A stretch of DNA of 64,000 nt from Azolla caroliniana (GCA_043228905.1 JBHGNT010000015.1:11284001-11348000); one strand, 5' to 3'; positions 25,533 through 38,900 are shown, counted from the stretch's first letter. Translations and numbers: made by a program. The notes: generated by a model not told the origin, from the sequence alone.

Positions 25533-27659
25533 ATGAGGGGGTCGGATCTTGCAGAGGCCATGGCTTTGGCTGTGGACCGGATAGTGAGCGTGCGCGAGGG
25601 CACCGGCGCCCTTGACAGGGCTATTGAGGCGATCGTTGGCACGATTGGCCGGTTCAGTGGAAAGGATGCCACGAGTTATTTGGCGTCTTACCGGGCGGAG
25701 ATGTTGATGAGGGATATTCCGGAAGAGAGGCGTCTTGCCGGATTCCCTCGAGTGGTGATGCCAAGCATCCATGCGGAGGTGCTCGAGGTCCGGGCGGAGA
25801 GCCGGACCTGGGAGGAGTTTGAAGGACAGTTCCTGGAGAAATACGGGCTGGATGACGCGCTTCGACTTTCGAACCGGGGCTTCATGGAGTGGGTGGAGTC
25901 CCCCAACAAAGGAAGAAATGCGTCGGTACTCCTCCGGGAGTTTGAGGATCGCTTTGTGCGCCTTTCGGCGCTCGATCGGACCGTTTTGGACACAAGTTGT
26001 GTCCTACTGTTTGTCAAATCGGTTGACGCACGGGATCGGGAGCAAGTGGGCTCCTTACTGGAAACCGAAGATGGGCTGACGGCCGACTGGGCCGCGGTAA
26101 AAAGAGTCTGCGGCCGTTTTGACAAACGGTGGGAGTGGGCTGATACAGGGGCGACCGGGGCGGGTCCTGTCGCAAGAAGGAAGCTCGAACCGATACCGCA
26201 GGCGCGAAGGGAAGAGACCCGGGAGTGGCCCGAAACCGGTTCGGCTTCGACCGGCGTGGTCAGAGGCTCGTCTGGGGGAACAACTTTGGAGGAGTTGACA
26301 CGGGCGGTAAAGGATCTCCAGATCGCCCAGGCTCGGAGGGAAGGTGGCGAACAGGCTCGTGACCGACGGCCTCCGGCACGAAATAGGTGCATGTGGTGCG
26401 ACGAGGTTGGCCACATCCGGAAAGACTGTGGGGACTTTGCGGAGGCTTTGAGAAGCCGGGTAGTGTACCTGTGGGAAGGTCGGGTGCACACTAGCGATAC
26501 CCGAAGGGCGTTGAACCGAAACGACGGGCGAGGAGGAATGAAAAGGCTGATGGAAGAGGCGGCGGCCCGGCACGCGGAGACCGTCCACTACTCAGCGTGA
26601 GCCGGTATTCGGGTCGGAGGCAGCGAGGCCCGGAAGGAGAGCAAAGCCGGGTTCTGGCCGACGGTGCTGGAAGGCCTCGCCGGTGCCCGACTAAAGAAAG
26701 ACGAGGCGGACCGCGCGGAGAAGTAGGTCCAGGGGGTAACCGGGTGGAGTGACCCGGTCAAAGAAAAGACGGGTTTGGTAGAAGCAGCTTGCCAGAACTA
26801 CGAGGCCCTAGTTGAAGACAAACGGGTAGGTAAAACCGGAGGGGCCGGACCCTCACAGAGATACGAAACCCGATTTGGGCCGAAACGGAACGAGGCTGGT
26901 GAGTCCAGTGCCCGGGATAACCACAAGAAGGGCGGATACCGTTTGGGCACGGAGATCGAAAGGGCCACGGACCTACGAAAGGTCCTGGAAGAACGAATCC
27001 TCGACAACAAAGTGGAACTGTCGTTGCGGGAGGTGCTCGGAATCGCCAAGAAGGAGTTCCACGACTCCATCGTGGACTTGGTGAAGAGGAAGAGGCTGTC
27101 AACGGAGGCAGAACCGGAAAGGCCGGTGGAGGTGCGGACGGTGCACATAGAGGACATGGCGCTGGAAGACGAGTGGGCGGAGAGCCACTATTCAAGGCCA
27201 CACTGGGCCCGAGCGACCACGGAAACCCCGGTGAAGATCGGAGATGTTCAGGAACCGGTGGTGGCGCTGGTGGACCATGGTTCTGAAATAAACCTGATGT
27301 CCATGGACTTCTACAAGAAGGGGAAATGGCCGATCAACACCAAGCACGAGTGGAAGATACGGGCGGCGACGCGCGCCACCGAGCAACTACATGGGGCCTG
27401 CCCAAACGTGCGAGTCAAGATCGGCGACGTCGAGATAGATCAGCGCTTCTTTGTGCAGGAGACGTCCTCGCACCCGGTCATATTGGGAGAACCGTACATT
27501 ACGGCAGCGCGGATGGAGACCAAGGTGCTGGACAATGGGTCGGCTTACGCGAGGGTCAAGAGTCAGGACGGGCGTCATTCGGTCCAGTTCCTGACGGTGC
27601 GACCGAACCACGAGCGAAACTGTGAGTCCCTCTGTGGCGAGAACCGAGAGGATTTTTAG
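25533..27659 (+). pseudogene. Element D gag-protease (few premature stops)
   Basis: Zn knuckle CMWCDEVGHIRKDC; protease ALVDHGSEINLM...VILGEPY. Confidence 0.85.
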
Positions 27660-30600
27660 AGAGGGCTGTCAAGGCGTGGGGCCGCGACAGTCCGGACACT
27701 CCGGGAAAACCCCACAAATGTACGATAGAGGCAAAACCGAAGAAACCTTGTACCATAAGTAGGAAGTTTTGTTTCTCTGACAACGGAGGGTGTACGATAG
27801 TCGGCATCGTAGGCCGAGAAAAGACAAGGGCGGAAGAGCGACTTTGGGCGTGCAGAGTTCTTGGGCCCAGCGAGGAAATCAACGGAGCCGTGGAGGCGGT
27901 CTCCTTCGACGATACCTTGGGAATACTGCGAGAGGTGGTCGGAGAGGGCCTTAAAGAAGACCAGACGATACCGGTTTGTTCGGAAGAGATGTACGAAGTC
28001 ATCGCGGACTTCAGTCGAGGGCTCGAGTCGGATCGGACGGCCCGGGTAAACACGAAGTACAAGACTGTGGACCGAAAGGTAAGGCCAGTCGCGGCACCCT
28101 TACCGGAGGGCAGCGAGTTGCGAATAAAAGGGGTCGCGTCAGACCCCAGTTTACGTGATCCGGCCTGCATAGGACACACCTTCACCAATAGAACGCTATG
28201 GGAGCTCAAAATCGGTGGGGGCGGGTTCCTATTGCCGACGGAAGAAGACCGGTTTCGGAGAATGCTCGGAAGGCATGGGAAAGCCTTCGCATTCTCACCG
28301 GAAGAAATCGGGTGCGTAGACCCGACAGTCGTAAAGCCGATGGTGATATTCACGGTACCGCATGTGCCGTGGAACCTCAAACCAATTCCGGTATCGAGAG
28401 CTCACATCCCGGAGCTGATGGAGCTGTTGAGGCAGAAAATCGATATGGGCATCCTCGAACCGTCGAGTGCCCCGTAGTCAAACCAGTGGTTTACAGTACC
28501 GAGGAAGAACGAGACGTTGCGCTTCATTCAAGACCTGCAACCGGTCAACAGAGTGAGCATTCGGAACGCAGGAATCAGACCAACGATAGACGAGTTCGCA
28601 GAGGCCTTCGCCAGAAGGTCAATCTACTCGGTCGGAGATCTGTACTCAGGGTACGATCAGTTCCAACTAGCCGTAGAGAGCAGAGACATTACGACGATGC
28701 AGACTCCTCTTGGCCTAGTGCGGATGTGTACCCTGGCACAAGGAGGGACGAACTCGGTGGCCCACATGGTCAATGCGATGAACAAGGTGCTGAGGGATTG
28801 TATCCTGGACATCACCATCCCATTCTTGGATGACATCCCGATCAAGGGATGTCCGGTGGAGGAAAAGGACGAAACGATCGGACCGGACGGATGCCGGAAA
28901 TTCGTGGCGACACACATTGACGACTGCGAGAGGGTGCTGCAGAGGTTAGAGGACGCGAGGCTCACCTTCTCCGGGGAGAAATCGGCCTTCGGGCAATCAG
29001 AGATCATGGTCGTTGGACATCTATGCGGACCGTATGACCGGAAACCGTCTCCGGCTAAGGTGGAAGCCATCTCCGCAATGAAGCCCGACTGTAACTCGGT
29101 CACGGAGGTACGGAGGTTCTTGGGAGCATGTGCGTTCTACCAGATATGGATCCCGCATTACGCCCACATTGCCGAGCTGCTATACGGGTTGCTGAAAAAG
29201 GGGCGAAAATTCGAGTGGCGAGATGAGCATACGAAGTCGGTCCAAAAGATGAAGGAGGCTCTTGCTGTAGCTCCGGCACTCCGGAAGGTTGTCTACGAGA
29301 AAGGCATTCCCGTCTACATAACGGTAGATACGAGTCCAACCGGGATTGGATGGGTTGTCAACCAAGAGGATGAGGACGGCATTCGGTTCCCAATCTGGTT
29401 CGGTGCGAAGGTTCTCAGCGAGCGACAGCGAGGATATACCCAGGTTAAACGCGAACTCTGGGGTATCGTTTTGGCGGTGAAGGCCGATAAAGACTATCTG
29501 ATCGGGACAGAGGTGATTATCGAGACAGACTGCCTGCCGATTCTCGGCATGGTTTCCGGATGCGCAACCCCGGACCTGGCAATGCTCAAGTGGATAGCAT
29601 ACATCAAGTCCCTGGATCCGGAAATACGACACATTTCCGGGAAAGACAATGCCATGGCCGACATGCTTTCAAGGGCGCGATTCGATGACGAGGGCGGCAT
29701 GGTTTCGGAGGACGAGGAAGTCGGCGTAGACTTCTTCGAGGCGGCTTACGTAACAACTGAGGGAGGGAGCACTCCGGCGCTTAACGATTTCGACGAGAGC
29801 AAGTACAACAGGGAGTGGCTGCAGATTGGAGGTTTCTTAAGGACAATGACGCCGGACGCGTCATGGACAAAGGACGAGGCCAACCGGATCCGGAAGAAAG
29901 CGTACCGATTCTTTCTCCGGGATGGATACTTGTGGAAGCACCCGAAGAAGAGAAACGGCATCCCGCTCCGAGTGGTGGCGATGAAGGAGGAATAGGAGAA
30001 GTTGCTGAAGGCCTACCACGACAGCCCCTGGGCTGGACACCGTGGAACGTGGGCCATGTTCGAGAAACTAAAGGGGAAGTACTGGTGGCCGGGACTGTAC
30101 CGGGACGTGCATTGGTTCGTGACAACTTGTGAGAGCTGTCAGATACACTCCATAGTCCGACATCGGGACGAGCTTCACCCTACATACCCTCCGGCCATCC
30201 ACTTCAAATGGATGGTAGATTTGGTGACGATGCCGATGGGCGTAGGGCAGATGCGATATCTGGTGCTGGCCCGGGAGGACCTAACGAACCAAGTGGAAGG
30301 CCGAGCCCTGCAGAACAAAATGACTGCGGCCGTGTGTCGGTTCTTGATCGAGGACGTGATATGCCGGTACGGGTGCGTCAGGAAGATCGTGGCTGACCGC
30401 GGGGAGTTGGACGCCGAAGAGGCCGAGGAGCTGTTCGACCGGTTAGGGGTCAAGCTCTCGCTCACCACAACATACAACCTGGAGGCGAACGGGAAGCTAG
30501 AGCGCGGACACGGACCGATCGTCAAAGCGTTAGTCCGGGCATGCGAAGGCCAGGTCGGGAACTGGCCACGACTGTTACCCTATGCCTTGTGGGCGGACCG

Positions 30601-31190
30601 GAGAACGCACAGTTCGGTAACCAGGTTCATGCCGTCAGAGCTCATGTTCGGACAGAAGCCGATCATGCCGATGGTATTGGAGAGACGAGATGAGCCGGGA
30701 AGAACTGCTAGCGGCGCGTATACGGCAGCTCGGGCGGAGGCCAGAGGACGTGGAACGAGCGGCGGAGAGACTGCGGATGGCGAGGATGAAGAACAAAGCC
30801 TGGTTCGATCGAACGCACCGGCTCCAACCAAAGAAAATCGAGGAAGGCGAATGGGTGCTAGTCTACGACAGCAGCCTCGACAACCAGCACCGAGCAACAC
30901 AGAAGTTTGCGAAGCGGTGGTTCGGGCCTTACGTGGTAACGAGCGCCAACGACAACGGGACGTATCACCTGGCGGAACTCGACGGTACGAGGATGGCGAT
31001 ACCGGTAGCAAGGAAGTGGATCAAAGCATTCAAGAAGCGCCTCGACGGCGAACCGGATCTAAGAGGCCTGGGCAGCGACGACGAACAGTCCGAAACGGAG
31101 GACGAACCGATGGACGAAGAGCCGGAACTCGGGCCGGTTTCCTCCAACCAGAGCACAATTTTGGCACATACCGGTGGATGTGCGGTTAGG
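27650..31190 (+). pseudogene. Element D RT-RH-INT in the -1 frame
   Basis: HVPWNLKPIP, LRFIQDLQPVN, DLYSGYDQ, QGGTNSV, PFLDD, ITVDTSP, ETDC, integrase VDLVTMP..ADRGE..NGKLERGH, RWFGPY. Confidence 0.9.
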
Positions 31191-31200
31191 TGGGGGCGGA

Positions 31201-31855
31201 TGTCGTGAAGAAAACCGTACCTTAGCGCAATCAGTGCATAGCGCGCGTGAACCAACTCTTCACACGTGCGCGCCCTTAATGTATATAATAGAGATTAAGT
31301 ACGTAGGTATATCCGGGGTAGTTAAATTTGGTAGGTAGGACGTAAATGAGGGGGGGACGGCTCCCTTCTTGACGCTATAAAGGAGAAGGAGACGCAGAGA
31401 GAAGCGGCATCGCGCATTAAGGAGGACGGAGTGCTGTCGGACCGTAACCGAACGCTTCTCCTCTGTTCGTTCTCGATCGCTCTTCTCTGCAGGGTTTCGG
31501 GAGGCTCGCGCTGCTTCGAGGAACGCCCGTGTGCTTCCGGCAGCACCTCCACCCTTTTCTCCTTTCGTGCGCAGACGAACAGGCATCGGCATTTGTTCGC
31601 CGGCCTGTTCGGTTGTAATAGCTCGCATGCTCTGTTTGTGTATTTGTTATTCGTTAAATCTACAAAAACTTGTGTCTCCCTGTCTCTGTGTCCATTCGCG
31701 TCTTCTGTGTTGACGGGCCGTGCCCCTATGTTTCTTTGCTCATACGTGACAGGCGTCTCTCTCTCTCTCTTTTTCCCCTTCTATCAGCTGCTCTTTGGTT
31801 CAAGACCCCGGTGGTCCCGCCTTGTTTCTCCACGCACGCGCGTAGTAACGCGACA
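31201..31855 (+). repeat. 3' LTR of D, preceded by G-rich PPT (aggtgggggcgga)
   Basis: Direct repeat of 24832-25488. Confidence 0.95.
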
Positions 31856-32021
31856 CCGTGTCGAGGACGTTGTCCGTGAATGGGAGAGGGAAACCGTCGG
31901 TGACTGTGGCCGCGTTAAGCTTCCGATAGTCGACGCAGACGCGTATTTTTCGGTTCTGGCTAGCAGGGCGAATGAAGCCCACTCGGAGTAGTTTGTCGAT
32001 TTCCTCTTTGACTTTAGTAGC

Positions 32022-32676
32022 TGAAAAGAGAGATGATGATAGAAAAGAGAGAGAAGGAAGATATAGAAATCCAAATCTACAAAGATATATTAATAAGGAG
32101 TGATGATCATAGAAACAAGAGAAAGAAGATACATAAACTCAAGCCTACAAGGATCAATTGATCACTAGAAAAACGCACTACATGAATAGGCAAGAAAAAC
32201 ACCACAAGAAAAACAACCCAAGAAAAAGAACTCCTTCTCACCACCTCACCCTTCTTGCTTTATATGAAGTTCTCCTCTAGTAGATAAGTTTCGCTTGCTT
32301 TCTTTTCCACGCTTTTTTTAGAGCTTTTCCATCTCCTATTCTTAGCTATGACACAACGATCTTCTAATCGTCATATCTCCCTCATCCATGCTCCAAATTT
32401 AGAGTTTTAAAAAGCTACGGATAGCTCTCGTCATAAGCTTTCTAACCCATATTTACACGTGATATTTGGATGTCAAACGAGAGAGTTATGAGCATTTGTT
32501 TCTGACTGCGTTTTGGTGGTCTGCTTTTTCTCTTTTTAACTTTTCTCCATCTTTATTGCTTTTATTTGGACTTATCCACGAGATGTTAGTTCATGTCCTT
32601 GTCCTCCAAATGTGAATCCTCCATACCTTATATTCTTTTAGTGTCCAATGGCTTGAATTCTAAAAACAGTTTCACA
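32022..32676. mobile_element. Solo LTR inserted in B pol
   Basis: TGAAAAG...GTTTCACA with TSD GTAGC (32017-32021 and 32677-32681); removal restores MNPNYATKVKEEIDKLLRVG. Confidence 0.85.
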
Positions 32677-33971
32677 GTAGCGTAGTTGGGGTTCATCCTG
32701 TAGTGCCTCTGCTGAACCGGCCGAGTGTCGGGTAAGATGTGAATTTGATGTTGGTAGTATTGAGGATCCAACCCCTTCATATCGGTGTAAGACCAAGCGA
32801 AAACATCCTGGTTGTCGGTGAGCAATTTTACGAGGCATGCCCGTTCTCCGGTTGGTAGATTATTGGCAATTTGTAACGTACGGGGATTCTCGTCCGAACC
32901 GAGGTTTATTGTTTCCAGGGTTGATGCTTTCACTCGTTGTGAAATGGCAAGTTCGCGTTCGAAAGCCTCCCGAGCATGATGTAGCACGACAACTGTGGTT
33001 GGATCTGGTTCATGTTGGGATGGTGACTCCTCTGTGACTTCCTTGTCTTTAGGTGGCTCGATGGTTGGCAAGGCATTGATCTCGAAGAGAGGGATGATCG
33101 TGGGATGATCATCTAGGAAGTCGTCGACCTCCTCATCGGCCAAACCGTCAAGCATATGGACCCCTTCCGCGTATAACGGCGAAGTGTTGAGGGTGACGGG
33201 GACTCATTCTTCAGTGATGATTTAGACTTTTGTCTTGCCTCTTCGGAACGAGATCATGTTGCGTTGCCAATGTTGCTTGATATTCGCTGTACGCAACCAT
33301 GGTCTTCCTAGTAACATTGGGTAGGCGCCTTGTGTCTCCAGTCTTAGTACGACGGCCGAGATCGTGAACATGTGGCCTCCGAGTGTGAAGTCGAGATGGC
33401 AGATTAAACCAATGGGGTGAACGGAGCGGGTGTCGTCCATCCGAAGCCAAAAGGGGCATGGTTCCCATTGATTCAGGCCGAGGTTGAGACACATTGACTC
33501 GCTAATAACGTTTACGCCGGATCCGCCGTCGATGATGCATCCGTGCACGTCTTGTCCCTTAATGATGATTTGCATGGCTGGGTTCTGAGAATCCATGAGT
33601 GGTGGACCGGTTCCTGCTTCGGTGAGGTGTACCGGTGGCGTCACGGGCTTAGTATTGGCCTCGAGTGCCGCTAGGGTGTCTCGAAATCTCGGCATGAGTG
33701 GTAACAATTTATGTAGGGGCAGCAAGATGCGGGAGTTCGTAAGAACATCCCATAGCTGGTCGTCCTCCGACGACGTGGATGGTACCAAGGTGTGTGGTGC
33801 TTCACTGGGCCCGTCTTTCATGTCAGTTTGCATGCGTACGACATTATTTTTATTGGTCGTGTTGATCCATTCTTTTGCTGCCTGACGGACTTCATCTTGG
33901 ATTTGCCACTGAGTAGTCTGCGTTTTACTCCGGGTAGTGACCGTTTGAACATCAGCCATGATACTGTTCAC
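32677..33971 (-). pseudogene. Element B protease and RT N-terminus
   Basis: CIIDGGSGVNVI...MLLGRPWL; DVFAWSYTDMKGLDP...YRMNP. Confidence 0.9.
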
Positions 33972-33974
33972 CGT

Positions 33975-35400
33975 GGGTGCCTTGCCACGGTTGGTTGTTG
34001 GACATTGTGTGGCGTAGTGGCCTGGTTGGTTACATTTAAAACATGTAATGTTCGCCGAGCTGCTGGTGTCCGCTCGGTCTGTGTGTGGAAGCTATTGTTG
34101 TTGATTCTCCGTCTCGTTTGGTGGTGGGTTGTTCTGGGGTGCGTTGGAGTTGCGCTGGTCATTTTGAGGAGCGTCCCATCGGCGGTTGTCGTTAGGTCTT
34201 CTATTGTTGTGTGTGTTGCAGTTGCTGTTTCGCCGATCAATGCGTGAGTTTCGTCGGTCATACCAGTCATCGCGATCGTCATCATATCGAGCATAATCGT
34301 CGTGCCGGTCATCGTGATAATGATCACGGCGGTCATCACGTCGGTAGTCGTCGTCTCGGCGTCGTCGATCCGGGGATCGCGGTCGATCGTTATCCTGGTC
34401 TTGGTAGATATATCACTCGTCTTGCCGAGAGTATGTATTTCGTGGCTCGATCTGGCGGACCGGTGCCGCCGTTCTGCGGTTCAACATATTATATTCGCAC
34501 TACTCGACAATGTGGGCTCGAGACTGACAGATCGGACACTGTGGTCGGTGGGGACATTCGAGGGCTAGGTGCCCTGATCCTGAACACGCCGTGCATTGGA
34601 GGGCTTGGCGAAAGCGATTGTCCTCTTGGGGAAGAGTGTTTTGCAAGGATGTCATCGAGAACTCCGCGCTGTGCTGGGTCCGATCGAGGGCAAGAATGCG
34701 CGCTATGACTTGTTCGATAGTATGGTTGGCGAAATTTGTAAGTGCGAGAGTCGTTCGGAGAGGCTCTTGTAAACTGGATAGGAAAGTGTCCGGTATATGT
34801 TGTGCCGAGACATCATCGGCCACTTGTCTGTAGAGATCCTGGAACCGGATCATGAACTGCGCGACCGTTTCGTGCGGTTCTTGGCATATAGAGAAGAATT
34901 GCCGGAGCAGTTCCCGTTTAGGCACCTCGCGATGAAAAAGTTCAAGGAACTTTGTGCGCACGATTTGGAAAGTGGTGGCCTCTCCTATTTCGAGGCGAGA
35001 GTACCATCGTGCGGCCGGTCCATCGAGGGAGAGTGTGAACTCGGCAATCTTTGAGGCATCAATCTCGGCGGGCGTGAGGCGGTGCGTTGAGTGGTTGGCC
35101 TGCCACGTGGATATGAAGGAACGGATGTGTGACTCCGCGTCTGGTCCGTCGGTGTATCGTGGGTATGGGTACGACATGATGTCGTACTCTGGGTCTTCTG
35201 GTAGCACCGGAAAAGGGTTTAGTTCCAGTTGATTGACCTTCGGAGGGCTCGACGGGGGTTTTGGTGGTGAATCAACTCGCGATCGAGTGTCCGGTGGCGA
35301 GGATTGCACTAGGGAAGCCTCCGATTGCTCGGGAAAGGATTGGTCAGTGACCGCCGAGTCGGAAGTTCCTTCGACTAGCTCAGGGCGTCGGGCGGGTGGC
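33975..35400 (-). pseudogene. Element B gag
   Basis: Retrotransposon gag core (LSLDGPAARWY, QEPHETVAQFMIRF); knuckles CTACSGSGHLALEC, CPICQSRAHIVE*C and CFKCNQPGHYATQC; start approximate. Confidence 0.85.
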
Positions 35401-35482
35401 CGAGACCTCGTGGTGCGAGAGGGCGTTGTAACGGCGGCTGGTGGTTACCTTCAACGAAGTTCGCTGTGCACTCACAGCTGTA

Positions 35483-35495
35483 ACCGGGCGTGCCA
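35483..35495 (-). promoter_or_regulatory. PBS of B (tRNA-Arg(TCT)-type)
   Basis: Minus strand TGGCACGCCCGGT, 5 nt after the 5' LTR. Confidence 0.8.
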
Positions 35496-35500
35496 AATTG

Positions 35501-35958
35501 TGTTACCCGTTCCTTTGGGTGAACACCTTCGATAGATCTGCGGCTATCGGTATTCAAGGGCGTGGTACGTGAAGGCTCGTAACAGAGGCGTCAAGAGAGA
35601 GACAGTGCTCAGAGAGAAAACACTAGCGAGGTCTTGATAGGCGTGAGCGGCAAGAAATCATAGGTATGAATCAAACCACAGACACATGGAACAAACTGGG
35701 CACAATTTAGATATATTACCGCAGCAGAAAAAGATTACAGAACACGGCCTACGGCCGGTGACCTTACAAGATTATCTAGTTACGAGGGACTCAGCTAGTG
35801 CTTCCGCCTGTATTTTTCTTCTCCCTCCTCCTTTGAGGTATTGGTCCTCGTTTAAATAAGTTTTCCCCTAATACACAACCGAGCCGTCGGTGGCCCGTGA
35901 TACTCGGACTCGGCGTTTGCTAATTTCCTAATTTTACATTTCTGTCCTCTGGACAACA
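35501..35958 (-). repeat. 5' LTR of element B
   Basis: Direct repeat of 12305-12763. Confidence 0.95.
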
Positions 35959-35963
35959 CTAGT

Positions 35964-38900
35964 CTTGCGATGGCGCTTGATGCACCCTCCCGTCACCATC
36001 ACGACGTTTGAGGACTTAAAAACCAGATTTTTACAGTTCTTCAACAAGGAGGTGAATCAATAGGAGATGGTCAGCCTATTCTACACCATACGACCGGAAC
36101 CGACGGAAATAATTCAAAACTTTGTAATCCGGTTCCAGCGAATGCACAACCAGCTAAATCAGGTACCACCAGAAGCAGAGGCTAAAGCAATATTCCTAGC
36201 AACACTCCGGGAACCCCTGCGTACGGTGTGCGCAATGATTGATTTCCGCACCTACACGATCGACCAAGTCATAGAAAGGGTCAGGGAGATGGAGAAAACA
36301 AGCTCGTGGCTAACAATGGGGGCACTCCAGTGTACATTACTTACAAAAGACGACCTACGTTTTCGGTAAGCTATACAAAGTACGACTTGTCTCAATGCCG
36401 GGCACTCGGCAATAGAATTTACCATGCGGACACAATGCATGTTATGGTATTCCAGGGCACACACAATGGACTGATGCGAATATAACTTGCTGAACCAGCA
36501 AGCAACATTGGTAAGGCAAATCGAACCCTGGAATAACCGGGAGGAGGAAGAAGAACGCTGGCGGCGAGATGACCGTTATCGGCCGGCGCAAGATATCCGG
36601 AACAGTGACAGAAAGGATGCTCACGACCGAGACCGGTAGGATAGCTACCAGGATTACAACGGTGAACGATATGAGTGATACAACCGGGATTACTCTCCCG
36701 GTTACAACCAACGTAGGGAGGATCAGGGTAATTATGAAAATCGGCCCCGACAGGGTTACCAGAACAAAAAATGCTTCAATAAAAATTGGAACGCTAGAAA
36801 GGAGGACCGCTAGTGGCAGCCGGACAAGGGCACGCCAAGTGCCCAACTGGACCAAGGCCAAGAACCCAACCGACCACCAATAGGACCTCAACCGGGTACC
36901 GGAGCGAACACCGAATCCGGCAACACCCGAAAAGCGTACTGCTACTATTGCCGGCAAGAAGGACATTACAGTAATCAATGTCCGGTTAAATGTTACGAGA
37001 AAAGACCAGCCGTAAATATGGTGCTAGCGGAAGTCGCCGACATACAACAAGTCACCACCAGGGCAAAAGGCAAAACAAAGGAGTGGGAAACAGAGGAGGC
37101 AATCCGAAAGCAAGCCACCGAGTGGGCAAAGAAGGGAAATGAGTGGAATGTGGCTGAGCTTGAACAACAAAAGGAAAAACCGGAAGAGGCCACCAACACG
37201 ATTCAGCCGGAAGACCCAACATGGCAAGCGTTACAAGAATGTCAAATTACGCTGCCATTGGGTCAGTTATTATAGCTAGTTCTCCGGTTTACGGAAGGAC
37301 TGAAATCAGGAATGACCACATCAAATCTGTTGCCAGCTCATGCGTTCCTCTCAAATCCGGAAGAAGGGCCAACAATGGTAGACATGAACAATCCGGCAAT
37401 CACTGCCATCGTCAAAGGACGAGAACTACCAAGGACAATTGTGGACAGAGGATCGGGCGTGAACGTGATCAATCTATGGACTTCTAATACCCTGGGAATC
37501 TAGGAATGGGAGCCTTGCCCGTTTTGGCTCCAGATGGAGGATACAAGTTCGGTAAGACCTACTGGTTTGATATGGGATCTAGACGTAACTATCAAAGGAC
37601 ACGCATTTCGCATTTTGGCAGTGATTCTCCAGCTCAATGCGCACGCGGCTTACTCGCTGTTGCTGGGCCGCCCATGGGTAAAAACGGCGCATATCAAACA
37701 AAACTGGCGGAACAACATGATTACCTTCCCGCGAGGAAAGACTAAAGTAAGGGTACCTACCCACCCTCGAGGAAGTACCGGCAAGGAGCTGACACCGCTA
37801 TATGCGAAAGGTGTAAACATGCTCGAGGGGCTTGCGGACGAAGAGGTCGACTAATACTTAGAAGAAAACCCAAAAATTGTACCCCTTATAACGCAATCGG
37901 ATGATGCCGGCGAGGAACCGGACCGGGAAGCTATCAGAGAATTACGGCAAGCACAGGAAGCCTTGGAGAGGGAGATGGCGGTATCCCAACGCGTGAAAGC
38001 ATCCAAGTTAGAGGAAGTGAACTTAGGAATCAGGGACGACACAAGACCAATTCATATCGCTAAGGAAATGTCACTGGACAACAGGACGGCGATAATCACT
38101 TTATTAAAGGAATTCCGGGACGTATTCGCGTGGTCATATGAAGACATGCGGGGGCTGGATCCTCAGTTGTACCAACACCAGATACATCTCAGTAAGGATG
38201 CCAAACTGGTAGCACAACGACGTTACCGAATGAGCCCCAACTATGTGGCCAAGGTCAAAGAGGAAATTGACAAGTTGCTCCGAGTCGGTTTTATCCGACC
38301 AGTGAAAAAAGCTACATGGTTAAGTCCCATAGTCGTCATGCCAAAAAAGAACGGTAAGATCCGGGTGTGCATCGATTACTGGAAACTGAATGCGGCAACA
38401 GTGACCAACGCCTTTCCACTTCCATTTACGGATGGAGTCTTGGACACGGTAGCCGGTCATGAAGTGTATAGCTTTCTAGACGGTTTCAGCGGCTACAATC
38501 AAATAAGGATGCACCCCGACGACCAAGACAAGACGACGTTCGTCACCGAATGGGGAGTTTTCGTCACAGTGGTAATGATGTTCGGGCTCAAGACCGCGCC
38601 GGCGACCTTCCAACGAATAATCATGGAAACATTTGGTGAGTTCATTCCGGCATTCATGCAGGTATTCTTGGATGACTTCGCCGTGTATAGTTGAGAAGGA
38701 GAGCATCTCCAACACCTCCGGCTATGTCTTGAGAAATGCAGGAGTTATCGGTTAAGCTTGAATCGAGCAAAGTGTGTGTTCGGAGTAACAAGCGGTGCAT
38801 TGTTGGGCCATCTTGTCAGCAAGGATGGGATCGCGGTAGACCTCGATAAGGTCAAAGCAATCTTAGAGGCACCGACACCATCCACGACCAAGGCTTTGAG

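Larger units (their letters stand above)
24832..31855 (+). mobile_element. Fungal-type (Ylt1-like) Ty3/Gypsy LTR retrotransposon D, inserted in B RT
   Basis: LTRs 24832-25488 and 31201-31855; 4-bp TSD CCGT (removal restores PFTDNVLDTVANHEC of B); PBS and PPT present. Confidence 0.92.
12305..35958 (-). mobile_element. Ty3/Gypsy LTR retrotransposon B (related to A), inserted in A gag
   Basis: LTRs 12305-12763 and 35501-35958; TSD CTAGT (12300-12304 and 35959-35963); gag, pol and extra ORF all on the minus strand. Confidence 0.95.
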
